Assembly: GCF_000143415.4 (NCBI RefSeq)
Contig: NW_003314325.1
Location: 1,024,086-1,088,085 of the forward strand
From: Selaginella moellendorffii
Taxonomy: Eukaryota > Plantae > Lycopodiophyta
Direction of reading: 5' to 3'
DNA length: 64,000 bases
The position numbers and the translations under genes are program-made. The notes under the pieces were generated by a model. The model searched no databases and was not told the DNA's origin. It saw only the letters and a program-made list of their open reading frames with translations. Shown piece after piece: positions 37,944 to 49,555 of this stretch. The first letter of the stretch is position 1; each line of letters opens with the position of its first letter.

Positions 37944-38949
37944 ACAATCCGAATCTAAATCAGAGGAGGCGTGATGGCATGGCGTGATGGCGTGAGGCGT
38001 GACACCAAAAAGGAGGTGTCCACTAGTGCTTAGGCTTATAATGGCGTGTGCCCTCATGCCATTTACTTGATCACCAAATACCTTTTTCGCTTTGCACTAG
38101 TATATCTTAATACCGGTCTGAGAAATAGAATGGCATGTGCCCTCAGGCCTTTTACTAAATCACCTTTAAAAGAAATGCAAGCCTCTATGTCGTAAAAAAA
38201 AGGTACTAGAGAAATTCCTTAATAATATGAATGTTATTTAGTTTCATGAAAATACACTAAGGGTCAAATGAGTTAAATGGCTTCTCCAGACTAGCAATGC
38301 CTCTTGCTACACCTTCACAATTAGATTCCTTAGAAAAAAATAACATTGAATAATATCTAAATGTTCTCACCATTAAGTTATATGTCTGGCTAATAGGAAT
38401 GACGTTCATCTTGGAAAGCTCACCACACGCTCAATGAACAAACAAATAGTGTGTGCGCGCATGCCATCGCTCTTCTAGCTTCAGATTCGGTTTGTTCACC
38501 TTGACAATGAGATTTATTATACAACCAGATGGACTCAGTCTTGACACAAAGTCACCGCGCTAGTCACCATGCCCCAGATATGTCTAGCCCCTGGACAAAA
38601 AACATATAATTTCACGTCATTTTCAAATACTTGAAAATTTGTACCTAGTCCCATTTTACTGAATAAATCCCACTTTAATGAAATAAAGCATTCATCTGGA
38701 TTATATCCTCACTCAATGAGAAAAGCCTTACACTGTTCCCAAGATTCTAAAGTCGTTCCATTATTGGCCCTTTTCTATACACCACCTTGCCTACAAGTTC
38801 ACACGTGAACTGTAGTGGAGAGCCATGTCTTCCTGATTTGCTACTCCTCAAGGATAGACCCACTCCTAGGACCTTCCAATGCCAACACTAGTCGTGATAT
38901 ACTTCAGCACCAATAAGAGTCGGACTAAGGAATAGCTCCGATACCAAAT

Positions 38950-41070
38950 TGTAAGTGATTAATTTTTCCATTCTACTTTAGTCACTTAACCACACCTCCG
39001 ACCACTTGGAGGAGTCTCATTCACAACCTCCATAAGTCCAATCCAGGACTTGGGACTTGCTAGCCCCAAGAATGGCATCCATGCCACTCAACCCTTGCAC
39101 CTGGTCCAAGTGCTCCACGTGTCCGATCCCATGACCAACACTCAAAGGTACCATTGACATAGCAACCTATTACGCTAAGGCCATGCCCATTCACCTTGGT
39201 CACACCGATGGTCCAACACCACCTCCATCACAGTCCCATCTCTCAAGGATTGGGCCGTCTGTTCATGAGTGATCATCCCAGATCCACTCCTTAGAATCCT
39301 TAGGATGCCCATAGACATGGGGAATAGCCTTTCCCAATATCCCCTTTCTGGTCTCCACCAAGTCCCTTTCTGCCCATGGCTGTGTTTGCCAACACTGCCA
39401 CTGGATCAAGGCTCATAGGCCCGACCACTAAGTCCCACGGTCCTCTAGGACTTCCTCACCACTCGACTATATCCTTGGTCACTACACTAGAGGACTACTC
39501 CTCTTCCTTTCCACAGTCTGGGCCCTTAGGGAAACATTTCGGAACACCATGGCCCTACGCAGGCCTTATGGGTACTCTCACTACCTTCTGCCTTTGGGTG
39601 CTCTAGCCATGGGCTTAGAGCGAGGTTCCGTTGAGCCATGCTAGGTATCCAAGTAGGTAGTACCACCCACATTTGGACTGGGAGCATCGACCAGTCGATC
39701 TCCCGGGGGAACTAGAGCCAGCTCTTGAACATTTCACCAAGCTACCCCATTTGTCAGTCTGTATTCACTCTAGTCTTGGACTTCCCAGTGGTCAGTTCAT
39801 CACCCAACACTGGGCATGGCCTTCCTGGGCCAAACTGGCCTTTCTTGGGCCAAATTGGCCTTTCCTGGCCAAACTGGCTCCACTAGGCTCTAACCCCACA
39901 CTCTCCTTACTATACTTTTGGAACCCCCTGCAAGAGCATTCATAACCCGGGTTCAAGGTGAGATTATGTATTTTATTTCAAGGTGAACAATCCGAATCTG
40001 AATCAGAGGAGGCGTGATGGCATGGCGTGATGGCGTGAGGCGTGACACCAAAAAGGAGGTGTCCACTAGCGCTTAGGCTTATAATGGCGTGTGCCCTCAT
40101 GCCATTTACTTGATCACCAAATACCTTTTTCGCTTTGCACTAGTATATCTTAATACCGGTCTGAGAAATAGAATGGCATGTGCCCTCAGGCCTTTTACTA
40201 AATCACCTTTAAAAGAAATGCAAGCCTCTATGTCGTAAAAAAAAGGTACTAGAGAAATTCCTTAATAATATGAATGTTATTTAGTTTCATGAAAATACAC
40301 TAAGGGTCAAATGAGTTAAATGGCTTCTCCAGACTAGCAATGCCTCTTGCTACACCTTCACAATTAGATTCCTTAGAAAAAGATAACATTGAATAATATC
40401 TTAGAAAAAGATAACATTGCTTTGGGCTTTCACCCAACTGCCTGTATTAGTATTCAGACTCGGACTCGGACTCGGACTCGGACTCGGACTCAGGCTAGGT
40501 CTCGGCTTTGGCCTCGGTCTCGGTCTCGGTCTCGGTCTCGATCTTGGTCTCGGTCCTGGTCCCGGTCTCGGTCCCGGTCTCGGTCTCGACCTCGGACTCC
40601 ATCTCGGGTCCTTCTCGGACTCCATCTCGGATTCCATCTCGGGTCCATCTCGGACTCCATCTCGGACTCCATCTCGAACTCCATCTGGGTCCATCTCGAA
40701 CTCCATCTCGGACTCCGTCTCGGTCCATCTCGGACTTCATCTCAGACTCCGTCTCGGTCCATCTTGGACTCCATCTCGGACTCCACCTCGGACTCCAACT
40801 CGGGTCCATCTCGGACTCTATCTTGGTCTATCTCAGACTCCTCCACGTGTCATGTGTTGGTCCTTTTTGGGTCCCTTTTTGGAGCCTTGCTTATTGGTTG
40901 CCTCGTGCTCGTTCCTTGAGCACTTTGTTGGGAGTTCCACTCCTGCTCTCGACCTTTCAAGTCGGAGTTTTTAGTCCAAACGTGTTATGCTCGTTTGGCT
41001 TTCGCTTCGGCCACTACCACGTGGCACCTTTCCCAGCTCCACTTTGGGCCTAGGGATTTTGTGTCTCACA
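38950..41070 (-). repeat. 5' LTR of the outer element, with a ~490-bp foreign insertion
   Basis: Matches 17861-19505 except for 39930-40415. Confidence 0.9.
39930..40415 (+). repeat. Templated duplication of 37887-~38358 inside the LTR
   Basis: Near-identical copy plus a 20-bp filler duplication (40372-40391 = 40400-40419). Confidence 0.92.
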
Positions 41071-41754
41071 AGCAAGTGTTAGGCTTGGATTCGTGGTGAA
41101 AAATTTGCTTCTGTTCCAGCCCCATGTTTCTATGGGGAACGAAAACAAGCATTATTTTCAAGATGGTGCTAGCTATATTGTTGCAACACCGATGCCAACC
41201 ATATGAAGTGGCTTGAAGACACTATAGTGACTAAACCTGATACAGTACCTAAAGAATGGCCGGTTGCTAATGGGGTCGCGCTCACCTCGGATGAGATTGA
41301 AAACCTTGAGAAATCTGGTTTTAATCTTGAGAAGAGAGTTGGAGACATGAGTGACAAAACCAAGACTATTCCTACAAAAATGCATAGGAGGCCAGCACGA
41401 AAAGGTAAGGCAGTTAAATTTATTGCTACCATCTCCAAGCAGAAGCAAGGTAAAATAAACTTGGCTCAAACACTTGAGTGTGAGATTCTCTCCATGAAGG
41501 ACATCACTGCGCTTGCAAAGGAGTACATAGTCAAAATAGAAGGTGGAGAGTACACAATTGCCATTCATGACTTTCCTTCTTGCACATGTCCAAACTTTAC
41601 GAAGCACGAGGAACATGGGAAGGCATATGCTCTTTGCAAGCATATGTACTACATCTTCATCAACATCTTGCACCAAGATCCTAAAGTAGATATTCATATA
41701 CACCAAGCAAGCCTTACTATTGCTGAGTTGCAGAAAACTTTTGGAGCTAATTAG
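41071..41754 (+). pseudogene. 3' part of the MULE transposase gene with SWIM zinc finger (copy B)
   Basis: YTIAIHDFPSCTCPNF..CKHMYY (CxCx(n)CxH); continuous with 17860 in copy A. Confidence 0.8.
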
Positions 41755-41845
41755 ATTTCTCCAACACTATTGATGTTTATTCTCTATCAATAAAACTTAT
41801 TATACTTTACATAATTAATAAAAATGTGCTTTTTCATTTCACTTT

Positions 41846-42145
41846 TCATTTTATATGCTTCCGAGTGTTCTTTTCGCAATACTGCCCATAGTACTCGTGT
41901 GTCTCCATTTCTGTCTTTACCATTTCAAAAAAGATTTCATGGTAGTCTTTCGGGTGCGTGATGTTGCAGTGTGTCGCAAGGGTATATATACTATTATATT
42001 GATCATTGCCATTATTTCCATCAGATGCTAAAAAACATATAGGGCACTTCTTGAAAGTGGCAGAATTGCACTTTTCTAAAACAAGTAAGAGGGCATTCTT
42101 TTTCACCCAATTTGTTGCACCCTTTGTCATTGCATTTATCTCCAA
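41846..42145 (-). CDS. Small zinc-finger ORF at the right end of the element (copy B)
   Basis: KCPICF..HCNITH..EMETHEYY; open in both copies. Confidence 0.5.
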   Translation of the reverse strand: MEINAMTKGATNWVKKNALLLVLEKCNSATFKKCPICFLASDGNNGNDQYNSIYTLATHCNITHPKDYHEIFFEMVKTEMETHEYYGQYCEKNTRKHIK

Positions 42146-42840
42146 CTCATGATCACTATCCTCACTATCCTCTCTTTCATTCTCTTGTGTGATTTGGTTA
42201 TGCTGTGCAATGGGATAATTATTTCATCTCCTAGCCCTTGAACCCTAGGAAAAAAGATTGTGAGAGTTAAAATTACCAACACTAGAACCCATAGATATTT
42301 ATGGGTGTATTTCCCTTTTTTCGAATGAGAGTGTGAATGAAGATCTATAAATTCTAGACAATATGTTACGACAAACCCCTCAAGAATGTATTCTACAAAG
42401 AACCAAGTCTTTCTTTTATATGCAATAAGCTTACATCAATGGTTATATTTTTTTCCTTTCAAACAGTTATATGGTTTTATATAGAATCTTATTTCAAATT
42501 TAATAATTTTTTAATACTGACAAACTTGACATTTACTAGCCAGAAAGCATAGAGTACAAATTTAAAGAAGTGACAAGAATACTCTTTTTGCAAACATTTT
42601 ATTTTATGTTCTAACAAATGTCCCTATCATTGCATGTAGTAAATATTTAAATTATTAGAACAAAAAGTGTTCTTTAGAACATTTTTATCTATATAATATA
42701 TAGAGAGTTATTAAATTATTAGATTCGCCATAACCTTAAAATTTTAAAATTTATAATGTTTGTACTAAATTACAATTGAAAATTGAGCTCAATTCATGAG
42801 CTCAACTCTTCAACTCGTGAGCTCAAGTATGGTCCGCACC

Positions 42841-43450
42841 TAAGCACATTAACAACTTAAAATTACAATTTGAGTTAGTAAAAATTGGTAATCTGTTAGT
42901 GGTTATTATGAGTTATTACCATGTTACTATGGGTAAAAGTAAACCTCTATGAGTTTGCTATGAGTAGCAAATAAGTTGGTCTATAATTGTTTAGCATAGC
43001 ACTAGTGGATCCTTACTATACATGATTATAAATTAATCAATCAAGATTGTAGGGATTAATTTATTGAATCAAGTAATCATTGTCGTCCTCTCTTATAAAC
43101 TTATATTACATTTATTTGAAGATACTGCAAATATAAGCTTAAGGTTTAGTTAATTTGAGTCAGAAAAAATAGTTATTAAGGATGAAGTATTAAACATGTA
43201 AATCATCTTCTTTTCTTTGAGAAATGATTTACAATAAAGTGTGATTTTATTTTTTATATTCACATCATATAATTGAAAGGCACTATTTTGATTCATGTTA
43301 GTTATAGTGGTTTTACAAATGCTGTGTTGTGGGATGGATAATGCTGAAGAGGCAAACCATTTATTTAGATTTACCATCAAAAGGCTTGGGTTATATTATT
43401 CAATTCTTTTTTAAAGAGCTTCATTATTGCTAAATTAGTTTTGAGTTTAG
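42841..43450 (+). repeat. Decayed fragment of the internal region of the 57176 LTR family
   Basis: Aligns to ~58570-59200 (e.g. gcactagtggatcc, gtaaatcatcttc, caattctttttt). Confidence 0.8.
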
Positions 43451-45029
43451 TTGGAAAAAAATTCCTTACACTCAAAGGGCTTTAGAAGATGAAAAGGTGA
43501 TAACAATAAATCATCTAGAATATTTAGGGGTTGTGTTAAGTGATTATATATTGTTATAAAAACTTGAAACCACCAATATAATTATTAATAACCATAATAG
43601 AAACAAAACCAAAACCATAGCATAGATATCAATCCATTATGAATTCTGAATGAATTAGTTGCAACTCCATATATAGCTGCCAAATATTTGAATCATTCAA
43701 TGCTATTTAACACTTGAAATCTATAGAATAAATCACTCTATTTAAGCTCCTTAGCCTGGAGTTTTAAAGTTTTAGGATTAAGGAAAAACCATGTAGGGAA
43801 ACTTGATCACAAAACTGAAAACTCAACCCATCAATTAGAATTAAAAGAGGCACTATGAATTGGGGAAAAAATTCAAGACTTATAGTCACAAATATTTTGA
43901 GATGATAAATGGATATAGTTGAATGGTTATGGATGGTCATGTAAGGTTACATGGCACATAATGACCATTAGATTCTTGGGAGTATTCTTTTAAAATCTAG
44001 TAGGCGCGGGGAGTATCCAATTTTATGCATAGAATATTCTTCCAAGACCAATAACGGAATGCCACATGTCCTGTTTATGACAGACTTTGATATACTTCTA
44101 CAAGTGGGAGAGAGGGAAAAAGGAGTGAGATGACAGCAGAATAGGATGAACGAATCTGAAGGGGAAGCCCAGCTACTATGACTGAAATGTGCTGTTTGGG
44201 CAGGGTGACTGAGTTCCAATTGACTCTGGCCCCAAACATGTGTCTTAATGATTTGTTCATTTCCTCAATGGATCGCTTGTCCATGTTCTAGCACACGGCA
44301 AGGAACCAGATTGCTCAACTTATAATCTTTGTGAAAAGAAGATCAGTGTTTACGATCACACTTGAGGCATCACTACTGATGGGGACACCAGAATGTTGAC
44401 AGTGGGGTTTAGAACATGTTTTCTAGTCATCACGCAGCAGCTCCATGGAACAATTGGGACAAGCAAGACTTGTGACGGCTTTGAGTCTTTCAACCCTGGC
44501 CCAGGGAGAGGTCGTGTATAAGTAGTCTATAAGGCTTTTTTGTAATGACAGTATGGAGCTCTATGTTGGGATTTGGAGAAATCTTTTTGTTGCTCACTAC
44601 ACCTGGGCCACATCATCAAAGCCCAAATGCCATTGCTGAAATGACCATGAAGGCCAAAGGCATAGCATGTAGCTTTAGAAATACTATGAACTCTCCGGAA
44701 AGACAACTCTTTCAATTTACTCTCTGTGATATGAGCTCATGACCCTTCTAATATTGCTCATGATAAGCACTTCCTTCATCAAAGTCCAAGCCCATACCCG
44801 ATCAACAAACATGATCCTTTGGCATTTTTTGGTTTCAGAGCTGAAAATAAAAAAGAAAAAATGTTTGTAAAGAATGTTTTACCAAAAAGGATTTCCATAT
44901 CTAAGATGGTAACGCCCCAAGAGTATGGTTATATTTTGTTCCTTCCAGCAACTTGGAGATCACAAGCCCGAGGACAATCCACTGGGGAGCGAGGCGGAAA
45001 AGATGAAAGCCCGATGAAAACGGCGTTTC

Positions 45030-47351
45030 ATGCGCAGGATTACTGGCGCCCAATGGGTGATCAACCTGGTGCGCTCCTGCGCCTCGAGGAAGGATCTAGC
45101 AGAGGCGCGGCGGATCCACGCCCAGATCCTCGACAGCGATCCACTGCGGCGGGACAAGCGCGTGGCCGATCAGCTGGTGCTCATGTACAGCAAATGCGGC
45201 AGCCTGGCGGAGGCTTGCGATGTGTTCCACACTATGATCGAGCTGCCAGATCTCTACAGTTGGAACGTCTTGGCTCTAGCTTATGCCCACCACGGGCACG
45301 CCGCGGGAGCCAAGGCCACCTTCGATCAAATGCCCCAGAGAAACCACGTATCGTGGCATTCGATCATCTCGGCTCACAGCATTCTCGGCCAGGCCGAGGA
45401 GGCCAAGCGCGTTCTTGACAGGATGCCGGCAGCGGATCTTCTCTCGTGGAACATCGTCATCGCAGTGTTTGCCCAGAAGCGGTATTTTCATGGGACGAAG
45501 CAAACGTTTGATTTTATGCCTGTTCTTGACATTGTCTCTTGGAATTGCCTTGTCACCACCTTTGCGCACAAAGGGGGGATTGATCAAACTTGCAAGTGCT
45601 TTTTTCTAATGCCGCAGTGGGATGCGGTGGCTTCAACTGCGATGGTCCAAGCATTTGCCCAGTTCGGGCATATGGAGGAATCGAAAGCCGTGTTTGATCA
45701 GTCCATGGATCGAGGAGCTGTCTTGTGGACAATCCTTCTCGTGGCATACACTCACAAAAATCTCATTGCCGAGGCAAGCGAGATCTTTGATCGGATGCCT
45801 GCGAGAGACGTGGTGGTGTGGACGGCAATTGTGTTGGCTCTGGGACAGAACGGCGAGTTCGACCGAGCGGCGGTGCTGTTCCACGCCATGCCGGAGAGAA
45901 ACATCATCTCCTGGAACACGATGCTAGCCGCGAGCGCGATCAACAGGAGCGCGGAGGAGACCACGGCCATGTTTGAGGCACTGGACGAGCGAAACCTGGT
46001 GTCATGGAACATCCTGCTCGATTCCTATGCACGGAATGGCGCGCTGGATCGAGCCATGCACGCGTTTGATCTCATGCCGGCGTGGGAGAGCGTCGCTTGG
46101 AACACGCTCATCGCTGGGTTGGGTCTGCGATCGCGGATCTCCGAGGCAAAGTCACTGTTTGATCGAATGCCCGCAACGAAGAACATCATCTCGTGGACGT
46201 CGATGATCCAGGGATTCGTCGAGACAGGCAGCGTGGATGATGCTAAAGAGCTCTTCGATCTCATGCCTGGATGGGATCCAGCGTCTTGGAACTTGGTTCT
46301 CCAGGCGTATGCCCGGAGCGGGCATACCGAGAGCGTCAAGAGCGTGTTCCAGGAGATGCCCGAGAAATCTCTCCTCGCCCACGTCTTCCTCATCGCGGCA
46401 TTCGCGCAGGGAGGCCAGATCGCGGAGGCCAAGAGCGCGTTCGATCGGATGATCCGGCTGGACATCACGGCCTGGAACACGATCATCGCTGCCTACTGCG
46501 GAGATCACGATCCAGGCTTGAAGAACGCGCGCAGGGGATTCGATCGGGCTCCCAAGCGCGACATCGTGTCGTGGAACACGATCATCAGTGGCTACGTCCA
46601 GCGCGAGAATCTGGAGGAGGCCAAGCTCCTGTTTGATTCCATGCCCGAGAAGAACAGAGTCTCTTGCAACGCGATGCTCGCTGGCTACTCCAATCGATGC
46701 CTCGCGGACGAGGCCGCGGATCTCTTCCACTCCATGACTCAATCCGCGATCACGCAGCCGGATCGGCTGTCCCTCACGGCGATGATCAACGTCTACTCCA
46801 AGACCGGGCAGCTCCAGCGAGCGCGGGATCTCTTCTCCAGCATCGCCAATCCGGACGTGACGCTCTGGAACGCGATGATCGCCGGCCACTCCAACAGCGG
46901 CGATCTGGATCACGGCATCCAGCTGCTGCGCTCGATGTGGATCGCAGGAGTGGACCCCGACGGCGTGACGCTCCTCACCGTCCTCGCGACTTGCGCACAA
47001 AAGGGTCTGATTGATGAGAGCTGCCACCACTTCCAGTCGCTGCTCGCGGATCACGGCGTCCGGACTGAGCGATCACACTTCTCGTGCATGGTGGATCTCC
47101 TGGCGCGGATCGGCCGGCTGGGCGACGCGATCGATCTGGCGATGAGCATGCCGTTCGTCCCGGACGAAGTGGAGCTCGCATCTTTGCTCAGTGCTTGCGG
47201 TTTACATCGTGACGCCGACCAGGCCGCACGGGCAGCCATGGATCTGGGGAGCGTATCTCCCACGCGATCCTCGCCGTACGTGCTCCTCTCCAATGCTTTT
47301 GTACAGGAGGTAACGCCGTTCTTGGCACCAGGTAATTACGCTACACTATAG
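45030..47351 (+). CDS. PLS-class pentatricopeptide repeat protein with E domain, no DYW
   Basis: 773-aa intronless ORF; ~31-aa repeats (FDxMPxRDxxSWN); terminal FSCMVDLLARIG..MPFVPD..SLLSAC..PYVLLSN. Confidence 0.92.
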   Translation: MRRITGAQWVINLVRSCASRKDLAEARRIHAQILDSDPLRRDKRVADQLVLMYSKCGSLAEACDVFHTMIELPDLYSWNVLALAYAHHGHAAGAKATFDQMPQRNHVSWHSIISAHSILGQAEEAKRVLDRMPAADLLSWNIVIAVFAQKRYFHGTKQTFDFMPVLDIVSWNCLVTTFAHKGGIDQTCKCFFLMPQWDAVASTAMVQAFAQFGHMEESKAVFDQSMDRGAVLWTILLVAYTHKNLIAEASEIFDRMPARDVVVWTAIVLALGQNGEFDRAAVLFHAMPERNIISWNTMLAASAINRSAEETTAMFEALDERNLVSWNILLDSYARNGALDRAMHAFDLMPAWESVAWNTLIAGLGLRSRISEAKSLFDRMPATKNIISWTSMIQGFVETGSVDDAKELFDLMPGWDPASWNLVLQAYARSGHTESVKSVFQEMPEKSLLAHVFLIAAFAQGGQIAEAKSAFDRMIRLDITAWNTIIAAYCGDHDPGLKNARRGFDRAPKRDIVSWNTIISGYVQRENLEEAKLLFDSMPEKNRVSCNAMLAGYSNRCLADEAADLFHSMTQSAITQPDRLSLTAMINVYSKTGQLQRARDLFSSIANPDVTLWNAMIAGHSNSGDLDHGIQLLRSMWIAGVDPDGVTLLTVLATCAQKGLIDESCHHFQSLLADHGVRTERSHFSCMVDLLARIGRLGDAIDLAMSMPFVPDEVELASLLSACGLHRDADQAARAAMDLGSVSPTRSSPYVLLSNAFVQEVTPFLAPGNYATL

Positions 47352-49555
47352 CTGACGCAAATGGCTTTCGAGTTCTTCTCCATATACCCAAACTGGGCAT
47401 ACTTCTATATCGAAAGGTTGCATGGCTGTGATATTCCATTTGCTTGCAGCGCCAGCTTGATTGAAGCTGCCAACCTCTTGGAGAATGTGTATGAAGAATT
47501 ATCTGTTCACTGACACATTTATCTCTTGTGAAGTGGGCAAAGTGTGGCTTCTTATTATTTTGATCCAAAACTTCTACCTGTGCATTCAATCTTGTGTGAC
47601 ACTTTTTAATACGTTCTAGATGGTAAAAACAGGAGAAAGCCCATTATTCAAGTGATGGTCAGGATGTTTAAAATTCTGTGCGGCAAGCAGGCTTTCCATG
47701 GAGAGCTTGGGTGGCTGCTACGGATCTCCTCCAGAAATCGGACGAGTGAAAGGCTGAGCGAAGGCTGGGCTTTTACGTAAGGTGCCTTTCTGGTATATCT
47801 TCATCTGCTTTTCAAGTCGATCAATCACTCAAACTTGATTCAAGATGCAGGAAAAGCTGGGGAAAAGCTACAGAAAAATGCAGCTTGGGTCCTAGAATGA
47901 ATAAAGCACTGATCTGATCGCTTCTCCAGCATCGCCGAATCTACTCCAACGAAGTGGAGCTCGCATCTTTGCTAAGTGCGTGTCGTGGGCCGGGCACCGT
48001 ATCACGCGATTGTCAAATGCCTTCGTACAAGAGGTGAGACAACGAGAGAAAGAACTTAAAGCAACATGGCTTTTGGTGGACCTTCAACGTAGAAAGTAGA
48101 TCACAAATGGGCATATCCAAGCTTTATGATTCCCACATTGTCCTGTGGAATTCATAGCGCATCTTGTGATCTCAAGACTTTAGGGTTCTTGCTTAACTTG
48201 CAAGAGTGTTTTGGAGGGCTAAGCTAAGTACATTGAACCTATCGCCGACCGGATTATCAGCCGGCATCATTGTATATACGATAAAGTCTCCTGGCTAACA
48301 AGCCCTTGTCTCCTTTCTAATGTCTTTCCTTACGTGCAATTGATTGCGCAGGCGATTCAGTCGCGCCTCAAGGTTGACGGACGAAGACGATTCGGTTCGC
48401 AGCTCTGGCATTGGTGGTAGCACACTTGTTTTTTGTTTATGGGCGCCATTGGATGCCCTCCCGGCGCGAGATATTCCACGCCAAAGGCGCTGGCTTTGAG
48501 ACTAATCTGGCCCATTTACAATACAATATTGGAGACAGCACATGACTAAGCGGTCATGAGAGCTCAATCATAGGCGCGCGCCAGAGGGTTTTGGATTGAT
48601 CAAACCAAAATATTGGCCAGCTTCTCGCCCATAAACCCTAAATTATGAGCTTTCGTTGTATGTTGCATGGGGACGTCCCCATCAGGCCCCTGTCAGGCGG
48701 CCCATTTAAGGGCAAAGCCAGAGGAAAATAAATGGCGGCCAAAGGAGAGAAAGGAAAGATGCCATACCAAAGGCTTTGCCACGTCTTTAAGGACAGGTCC
48801 TTGCCAAGGACACATAAAAGGACACACCAGGGGCGCCAGCTTGCCTGTTGGCGCAAGGCAAGGACCACCCGTGCGCATTTACACCGGAGGGGTTAAGGAT
48901 ACAACGCCCCCCCCGGATGATGCCCAACGCTGGCTACTATCGTTGTTACCTGGCCGCTAAAAAGGGGGGGCCACCGGCCGGAGCCACTTTCCGACAGGCC
49001 CTTTCGTGGAAGTGTCAGTCCGTACGGGCTCCGTAGGCTGAGGCCGACCGTCGGATGGATCGGAATCGGCGGTGAGAGAATTAATGAACGGACGGCGGAT
49101 TGGTTGTTACACGTGGTTTTCCAGTCCAGCAGGGCCGTCCGATTACGACACTGGAGCGTGGTCCTTTATTTCTTTGAGGTTTTTAGCGGAGGCCGGATTG
49201 TTGGCGCTACCAAGAACCCTGATCCAGGGAGCGCGAAATCTCTCTCGGCGGCATCAATGAGAGTGTGATTCCAGGTATGAATCGCGCGGTGCTCGCGACG
49301 CGCCAGCGATCTTTCCCCTCCTCTGCTCCTCGTCCTGCCTGGCCCGCGCGAAATTCAATCTCCCGGCCATTGATTGCAAGTCTTGCGTGGGATTCGTGTC
49401 TCCATTCCGAGCCAGCGCCTAGCTCGCCCCGACTTGCATTCCGCTCAATCCCTCCATCAAAGCCCTCCCCTATCCACATCGCCAGGAATTTGGTCTGAAT
49501 TTCTTGCTGACCGCAGGTAACGCGAGAGCTTCCACATTCCGGGAGCTGATCGGCC

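Larger units (their letters stand above)
30569..38151. repeat. Dispersed 22-bp palindrome ATGGCRTG-WGGCCW-CAYGCCAT, >=12 copies
   Basis: Copies start at 30569, 30975, 32305, 32382, 33292, 34221, 34836, 34934, 35004, 36602, 36659, 38041, 38130; degenerate copies at ~30279, 32245, 34813. Confidence 0.9.
30183..38691. mobile_element. Sola-like DDE DNA transposon (~8.5 kb) with two divergent genes
   Basis: TIRs gctctatttcgttaaagtggga (30185) / tcccactttaatgaaataaagc (38689); candidate 4-bp TSD TCAT (30179-30182, 38692-38695); transposase motifs. Superfamily assignment is tentative. Confidence 0.7.
17861..41070 (-). mobile_element. Non-autonomous Ty3/gypsy LTR retrotransposon (decayed gag-like sequence, no pol seen)
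   Basis: TG..CA LTRs 17861-19505 and 38950-41070; TSD GGCAA/AGCAA (the empty site in copy A reads AGCAA); minus-strand PBS TGGTATCGGAGC at ~38935-38946; PPT GGGTGGTGGAG at ~19507-19517. Confidence 0.9.
7975..42840. mobile_element. Mutator-like DNA transposon, copy B (~11.7 kb net, interrupted by a 23.2-kb nested insertion)
   Basis: Degenerate TIRs: left acttgagctcatgggtgaag..ttgagctcaatt (~7973-8029) versus the reverse complement of 42781-42840. Contains the MULE transposase. No TSD found; the left tip appears truncated. Confidence 0.7.

Noticed and set aside
44819-47293. Overlapping and antisense ORFs over the PPR gene
   Set aside because: Shadow ORFs of a GC-rich coding sequence with no motifs.
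48640-49010. Possible MITE upstream of AGO
   Set aside because: Only short imperfect inverted matches; no TSD or second copy seen.
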